A program made the position numbers and the translations under genes. A DNA stretch of 63,741 nt, filler included, from Chthonomonadaceae bacterium (GTDB lineage: Bacteria; Armatimonadota; Chthonomonadetes; Chthonomonadales; Chthonomonadaceae): assembly GCA_035650735.1 (NCBI GenBank). It is 4 parts of 4 records of this genome, joined end to end, with 100 filler letters (N's around TTAATTAATTAA, not from the genome) between each part and the next. Parts side by side here need not be neighbours in the genome. Positions count along the whole stretch, not along the records: positions 57,364 to 63,741 come from DASRGZ010000014.1; 3 more parts are not named here. The stretch is one strand, 5' to 3'. The notes below the pieces were generated by a model that worked only from the letters and a program-made list of their open reading frames with translations, ran no database searches and was not told the DNA's origin. Shown here one piece after another: positions 58,434-63,741 of this stretch. Each line of letters starts with the position of its first letter. The stretch's first letter is position 1.

Positions 58434-59924
58434 ATGATAACCCCGAATCGCCAAGAGTTCATCGCCCGCGCCCAACGCGGCAACCTCATCCCGGTCTATC
58501 GGGAAATCCTGGCAGACCGGCTTACCCCCGTCTCGGCCTTTGAGAAGCTGGCGGCGACCGGCAAGAGCGGCTACGCCTTCCTGCTGGAGAGCGTGGAGGG
58601 CGGAGAGCGCATCGGGCGCTACTCGTTCCTGGGCAGCGACCCGTCGCTGATTTTTCGCAGCAAAGGTCTTACCGCCACCCTCACGGAGGGCGGCCAGACG
58701 CGCACGATCCCCATCGCGCCCGGCGACGACCCGCTCACGCTGCTCAAGGGGCTGCTGGGGCGCTACACCTACGTCGAGTCGCCCGACCTGCCGCGCTTCT
58801 GCGGCGGCGCGGTCGGCATTTTTGGCTACGATGTCGTGCGGTTCTTCGAGAAGCTGCCCGATAAGAACCCGGATGAGCTCAACGTGGACGACGCCTGCTT
58901 CCTCTTCACCGATACCCTCCTCATCTTCGACCACGTGCGCCACCGCGTCAAAGTTCTCTGCAACGCCCACGTAACGGACGACCCCGGCCCGGCTTACGAT
59001 GAGGCCGTGGAGAAGATCGAAAGCCTGGTTGCCAGGCTGCGCGCGCCGCTGCCCTCCCCGCCGCCGCGTTCCGAGCCGCCCCATACGATCCAGGTGGAGC
59101 ACTGCTTCCCGCGCCCGGAGTATGAGGCCGCCGTGGAGCGGTGCCGGGAGTATATCCTGGCAGGCGACGCCTTCCAGATCGTGCTTTCGCAGCGGTTTAA
59201 GGTAGACTTTACCGCGCCGCCCTTTGACATCTACCGCGCCCTGCGCTCGGTCAATCCCTCCCCGTATATGTACTATCTGATGCTGGGCGACCGCAAGATC
59301 ATCGGCACCTCGCCGGAGATTCTGGTCACGGTGGATCAGGGGATCGTGCGGTCGCGGCCCATCGCCGGCACGCGCCCGCGCGGGCAGAGCCTGGAGGAAG
59401 ATCAGCGGCTGGAGGTGGAACTGCTGGCCGACGAGAAGGAACGCGCCGAGCATATCATGCTGGTGGACCTGGCGCGCAATGATGTGGGCAGGGTCTGCGA
59501 GTACGGCAGCGTGCAGGTCAAGGAGTTGATGGTTATCGAGCGGTACTCGCACGTCATGCATATCGTCTCCGAGGTCACGGGCCGGCTTCGTCCCGACAAG
59601 GACGTGTTCGACGTGCTGCGCGCCGTCTTCCCGCACGGAACGGTCTCCGGGGCGCCCAAGGTGCGAGCCATGGAGATTATTGACGAGCAGGAGCCGACGC
59701 GCCGGGGCTTTTACGCCGGCTCGGTGGGCTACTTCAGCTACTCCGGCGACATGGATATGGCCATCGCCATTCGCACGATGCTGGTGGACGGGCATACCGC
59801 CTACTTGCAGGCGGGCGGCGGTCTGGTCGCCGACTCCGTACCCGCCAACGAGTACCAGGAGTGCGTCAATAAGGCCCGCGCCCTCGTCACCGCTATTGAG
59901 CTGGCCGAGGCTGGGCTGGAATAG
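58434..59924 (+). CDS. trpE: Anthranilate synthase component I
   Basis: FLLESVEGGERIGRYSF, NPSPYMY, PIAGTRPRG, KERAEHIMLVDLARND, GTVSGAPKVRAMEII. Confidence 0.96.
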   Translation: MITPNRQEFIARAQRGNLIPVYREILADRLTPVSAFEKLAATGKSGYAFLLESVEGGERIGRYSFLGSDPSLIFRSKGLTATLTEGGQTRTIPIAPGDDPLTLLKGLLGRYTYVESPDLPRFCGGAVGIFGYDVVRFFEKLPDKNPDELNVDDACFLFTDTLLIFDHVRHRVKVLCNAHVTDDPGPAYDEAVEKIESLVARLRAPLPSPPPRSEPPHTIQVEHCFPRPEYEAAVERCREYILAGDAFQIVLSQRFKVDFTAPPFDIYRALRSVNPSPYMYYLMLGDRKIIGTSPEILVTVDQGIVRSRPIAGTRPRGQSLEEDQRLEVELLADEKERAEHIMLVDLARNDVGRVCEYGSVQVKELMVIERYSHVMHIVSEVTGRLRPDKDVFDVLRAVFPHGTVSGAPKVRAMEIIDEQEPTRRGFYAGSVGYFSYSGDMDMAIAIRTMLVDGHTAYLQAGGGLVADSVPANEYQECVNKARALVTAIELAEAGLE

Positions 59925-60011
59925 CCTGGTTGAGAGCCTATCCCGGCCTGGTCATGGCCGCCCTCCCACATACTGACGTTCGGGATAGCCTGGTTGAGAG
60001 CCTATCCCGGC
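59921..60011. repeat. 27-bp direct repeat, two copies 64 bp apart
   Basis: ATAGCCTGGTTGAGAGCCTATCCCGGC at 59921 and 59985. Confidence 0.8.
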
Positions 60012-60114
60012 AGGGCCAGATCGTCTTCTGGCAAGCCTACCTAGCAGGAAAGGCTTTTTTAACTGTGGAGAAGCCTGCGTTGTCGTGCCGGACCGACACA
60101 ACTGCGAAGGCAAC

Positions 60115-61416
60115 TCAGAGGGAAATGGGCCTGGCGCCGCGCGTGGTGGGCAGAAGGATACGAAACGTCGTGCCCTGTTCCGGCGCGCTTTCCAGTTCCA
60201 GCTTGCCTTCGTGCAGCTCCACGTAGCGGCGCACCAGCGGCAGCCCGACCTCCCAGCCCTCATAGCCGCGCGCGGGCGAGTTCTCCAGGCGCGGGAAGGG
60301 GTCGGTCATGTTGGCTATCGCCTCGGGCGGGAAGTGCAGGGCCGTATCCTGCGTTAGAATCGTCAGCGTGCCGTCGTCGCGATGAGCGCGCAGCGCGACC
60401 TCTCCTCCCGTCGGTGTGGCCCGCAGGGCGCTCGCCAGCAGATGGTAGATGACGTGGCGCAGGATGTTCTCATCCGCCTCAATCGCGCCCAGGTTATCCG
60501 GCAGCTCCATCGAGAACCCGACGCCCTTACGATTGGCCAGCGGCTGTAGGATCTCATAGAGATGACGCAGCAGCGGCGTGACCGCGACCGGACGGTATTG
60601 CAGCGCCAGCTTGCCCGCCCGGATCCGCAAGAGATCGAGTAGATTATTGATGACCTCCAGCAGGTTCTGTGCGGAATTTTCGATATGGCCGACGGCGGCG
60701 CGCTGTTCGGGATTGAGCGTGCCGTAGGTCTCCTCCAGGAGCAGCTCGGCGAAGCCCAGAATGGCGGTGAGGGGGGTGCGCAGCTCATGGGAGGTATTGG
60801 CCAGGAACCGCCCTGCTAGATGCTGCGTGACGCTGTACTCTTCCCGGAAGCTGGCCGCTTGCTGTTCCAATTGCGTGATGTGCCGGTCGGCGATGGCGGC
60901 AGCCAGGGCGGCAAACAGCCCCTCCTCGAGCGCCAGGGTATCCGGGTCGGCGCCGTGCGCGGCCAAAATCCGGAGGGTATGCCCGGCCAGTATCTCCAGC
61001 AGCATGCGGATATCGGCCCAGGCCAGGGCCAGCGCCGCCCACGCCTCCGCGCACGGCGCGGTCAGGCGATCCAGGGTTGGCTCCGGCGTCGCGGCGCCTG
61101 CGGGCGCTTCTGCGAGCGCCTCTTCGGTAGTGCCCTCCTCCACCGGCGCCGCCGCGCCCCCGGCATCTTGTGGGGCCGACTTCGCCCGGCTTCGCCCGGC
61201 GGACGGCAGGGCCGTCGCCTGGCGTGCCTCTCGCGCCTGATGATAGTCTGCCAGCATCGTCAATGTATCGCGGGCACAGCGGGTCGCCGCGCCTTTGCGG
61301 GTTAGCAGCGCTTTCTCGACGTGCCATAGTCGGGTTTGCGCTTCCGCGGACCAATCCCGGAGGATTGCCGCCTTCTCTCCACGCAACGCGCGGGCTGTTT
61401 CTTTTGCGGTCCACAT
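60115..61416 (-). CDS. Histidine kinase-like protein: intact HisKA, degenerate HATPase
   Basis: FLANTSHELRTPLTAILGF intact; N box YHLLASA, G1 QDTALHF, G2 EGWEVGL. Confidence 0.85.
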   Translation of the reverse strand: MWTAKETARALRGEKAAILRDWSAEAQTRLWHVEKALLTRKGAATRCARDTLTMLADYHQAREARQATALPSAGRSRAKSAPQDAGGAAAPVEEGTTEEALAEAPAGAATPEPTLDRLTAPCAEAWAALALAWADIRMLLEILAGHTLRILAAHGADPDTLALEEGLFAALAAAIADRHITQLEQQAASFREEYSVTQHLAGRFLANTSHELRTPLTAILGFAELLLEETYGTLNPEQRAAVGHIENSAQNLLEVINNLLDLLRIRAGKLALQYRPVAVTPLLRHLYEILQPLANRKGVGFSMELPDNLGAIEADENILRHVIYHLLASALRATPTGGEVALRAHRDDGTLTILTQDTALHFPPEAIANMTDPFPRLENSPARGYEGWEVGLPLVRRYVELHEGKLELESAPEQGTTFRILLPTTRGARPISL

Positions 61417-61583
61417 CCCTGCTGATATTTCTTTCTACACCGGGGCCGGAGCACCCGGGTTTATCCGGGCCATGCATGACCTATCTAGTCCGCATCCAGC
61501 CGGGCATTGAAAGTACCTATCTAGTATTACAACGACGAGTTGTGCGTAAACTCGCTTGAGACATTCGCTCAAGAGGTACTGTC

Positions 61584-62638
61584 ATGAACGCATCCGAGTT
61601 TGCTCATATCTACGAGGCATTCTGCGCCTTCCATGCTGTCTTTGCTCCGGCCTGCGGGCGGGCGTTGGTGGATCGGCGGCTTTACTTGCCGCCTGCCTGG
61701 GCACATGAGCCGCTCCGCTGTGAGCAGGCCGGCATTCCCGCCACAGAGCGCGTCTATCAGACCAAGCCCCAGATCGGGTTGGCCCTGCTGCGGCGCGCCC
61801 GCGCCTGGGGCCACCTGCACGCCTGCTGGGTGGCCGGAGATGATCTGTACGGTCAGTCCCCGCACCTGCGCGACGCCCTGGCGGCCGAGGGCTTGTGTTT
61901 GTCTTAGACGTGCAGAGCAACCCCCTGGCTTGGTCTGGACCCGATCCCGCCCAGGCCCCCTGTAGCTGCCTGCAAGAACGCGCTCAAGCCCTGCCCGCTA
62001 CCGCCTGGCAGCCGATTACGGTGGCCGAAGGCGCGCAGGGGCAACGCAGCTATCTGTTCGCCTGCGAACCCGTCTATGACAATCGGGACAAACGGCCGGG
62101 TATCCCCTTGCTGGCCCTGTATCGCAAAAACCTGGATGGGCGAGAGCCGCGCTACTACTATGCCCATGCGCCTGCCGCCACCCCGCTGGTCCGCTTGGCC
62201 CAGGTCGGAGCCAGCCGCTGGAATATCGAAACCGAGTTAAAGACCAATAAGAGCGATATTGGTCTGGACGAGTATGAAGCGCGCAGTTGGCAGGGCTGGC
62301 ATCATCATATGACGATGTGCCTGCTGGCCAGCGCGTTTCTGTTGAGCCTGCAACAGGGTAGTGTACCCATAGAGAGTTGATACTTCGTCGCCGATGACCT
62401 TATCAACTCTGTAGAGGGACACTACCTGCAACAGCAGTGGGGGAAAAAGATGCCCCCCATCACGCGCCCGCAAGTGTATCGGGTCGTGCGCGCTCTGCTG
62501 CCCAAGCCATGCCCCACGCCCACGCAACTGGTGCGTTGGCTTTACGGCGTACAACGGCGCAACGAGCGGTCCCGATGTTCACACCACAAACGGCGGCAGG
62601 CGCGCTTACAACAAGGGCTTTGCCCTAAGGGTTCGTAA
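61584..62638 (+). pseudogene. IS701 transposase pseudogene
   Basis: Fragments ALVDRRLYLP, TKPQIG, WVAGDDLYG, RWNIE, GLDEYEARSWQGWHHH. Apparent N-terminal deletion, frameshift near 61900 and MITE insertion. Confidence 0.88.
62357..62426. mobile_element. 70-bp MITE
   Basis: 26-bp imperfect TIRs GGTAGTGTACCCATAGAGAGTTGATA / TATCAACTCTGTAGAGGGACACTACC; 8-bp TSD TGCAACAG. Confidence 0.9.
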
Positions 62639-62766
62639 AAGAATAACTTCCCGACTGCATAGGTCAGGCCGCAGGGCGATGCGGGAAGGTAGATATGTAC
62701 AGGCCCTAAGCCGTCGTTGTAATACTAGAGGGCGGCTACGCCGCCAACCGTCCTGCGGACGTCTTA

Positions 62767-62865
62767 CCTCACCCCGGCCTGCGGCCACCCCTCTCCTTCT
62801 CAAGGAAAGGGGCCTGACTACCCTGCTCTCCCCTCTCCTTGAGAAGGAGAGGGGCCGGGATGAGG
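62767..62865. repeat. REP-like CCTCACCCC...CCCTCTCC/GGAGAGGGG doublet
   Basis: Two inverted hairpin units; related unit at 58082-58120. Confidence 0.7.
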
Positions 62866-62945
62866 TAGGCGTTCTGGCGGCACAGCCGTCCTGGAGACGA
62901 GTCATCCATGGCCCGTCTGCCTAACGAGAGCTTATCCTATGCCGC

Positions 62946-63617
62946 TTACTTGCCGGCATGTTTGTCCAGGCGCTGCAAAACCAGCGGCGTCAGATCGTTG
63001 GCCGAGTAGACCAGGGCACTGGCATCGAAGACATGGGCAATGCCTTTCTGCCTGGCTACCTCCGCCACTGCCGCGCGCAGCCGCTGGAGCTGTCCCTGGC
63101 GAAAGTCGGCCACCCTCTCCTCCTGTTGCGCGCGCGCCACCTCCCGTACATCGGGCAGCGCCTGCTCCAGCGCGTGTCTCTGGTCAATTAACTCTTGCTG
63201 GCGCGCTTTCTCGGCAGGAGAGAGGTCTTTTTTGACGGTCAGAGCTTGCAGCTCGTCGGTACGCTGATCGGAAAGCGCCTTCAGCGCCTTGAGATGCGTC
63301 TGCTCCGCATCGGATAACGTGCGCTTGCTGAGCAAGTCCAGGTATTCCAATCGCTCCTGCCGGGTCAGATAGGGCGTGGCGGCAAAGGCATTGATACGTT
63401 CCTGAATATCCTGGCCGAGCTCCATCATTTTCTGCGCCAGGGCTTCCCGCCCACCGGACGCAATATAGAGGCGATCCATATCTACGACCGCGATGGCGCC
63501 GCCGGAGAGGGGCGCGGACGCGGCCTCTTTTTCGTTTTGCCTGGCGTGAACGGCCAGCGCGCCGAGGCCAATCAGCAGCGCCAGCGCGCCCAGTCGGATC
63601 AGGCTGCGGATAACCAA
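62946..63617 (-). CDS. OmpH/Skp-like periplasmic chaperone
   Basis: Signal peptide, IAVVDMDRL, long coiled coil, VAEVARQKGIAHVFD...DLTPLVLQRL. Confidence 0.8.
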   Translation of the reverse strand: MVIRSLIRLGALALLIGLGALAVHARQNEKEAASAPLSGGAIAVVDMDRLYIASGGREALAQKMMELGQDIQERINAFAATPYLTRQERLEYLDLLSKRTLSDAEQTHLKALKALSDQRTDELQALTVKKDLSPAEKARQQELIDQRHALEQALPDVREVARAQQEERVADFRQGQLQRLRAAVAEVARQKGIAHVFDASALVYSANDLTPLVLQRLDKHAGK

Positions 63618-63741
63618 AGCGTCCTCCTTATGGAACCGTCACAGACCGAGAGGGCAGCACGAAGACGCGCCGGCCTTCTATTCGCAGGCGTCCCTCAGCG
63701 AAGAGCTGTACGGCGCGCACATAGACCCGGTGCTCCTCCGG

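Larger units (their letters stand above)
61525..62724 (+). mobile_element. Decayed IS701-family element
   Basis: TIRs TATTACAACGACG / CGTCGTTGTAATA, flanked by CTAG at 61521-61524 and 62725-62728. Confidence 0.88.

Noticed and set aside
1..63741. tRNA, rRNA, cas, integrase or phage structural genes
   Set aside because: None recognised by eye; a covariance-model search would be needed to exclude small RNAs.

Overview
The window is four contigs joined by artificial N-TTAATTAATTAA-N linkers (contigs 1-13674, 13775-30569, 30670-57263, 57364-63741), so adjacency across linkers is meaningless. It comes from a GC-rich bacterium, most likely Armatimonadota (inferred from DUF1559 prepilins with the [12 protein letters not shown] motif, DUF1552 and CRTAC1 genes). 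Recognisable housekeeping genes are aroQ, ccmABCDEF (System I* type, CcmE CxxxY), leuCD, shc, hpnH, trpE, a YpdA-like reductase, an Lrp/aminotransferase pair, sugar catabolism genes and GT4 glycosyltransferases. Mobile DNA is dense: two IS256-like left ends, one intact and one decayed IS701-like element, three MITE types with target-site duplications, and several REP-like palindrome families. The most interesting observations are: (1) a solitary 37-bp CRISPR-like repeat behind a perfect TTGACA-N17-TATAAT promoter in the 5' leader of a DUF1559 pilin gene; (2) a candidate T9SS-like export locus with two large secreted paralogues sharing a roughly 480-aa C-terminal module ending in a FlgD-Ig domain, followed by a CsgG-fold protein and an Ig-fused LptD-like barrel; (3) a NAL1-like protease followed by a free-standing copy of its own prodomain; (4) an Rpn nuclease with an internal RBS for a putative antitoxin; (5) a histidine kinase with a degenerate ATP-binding domain; (6) a three-level REP/IS701/MITE nesting. 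All family calls come from motif recognition by eye, with no database searches.
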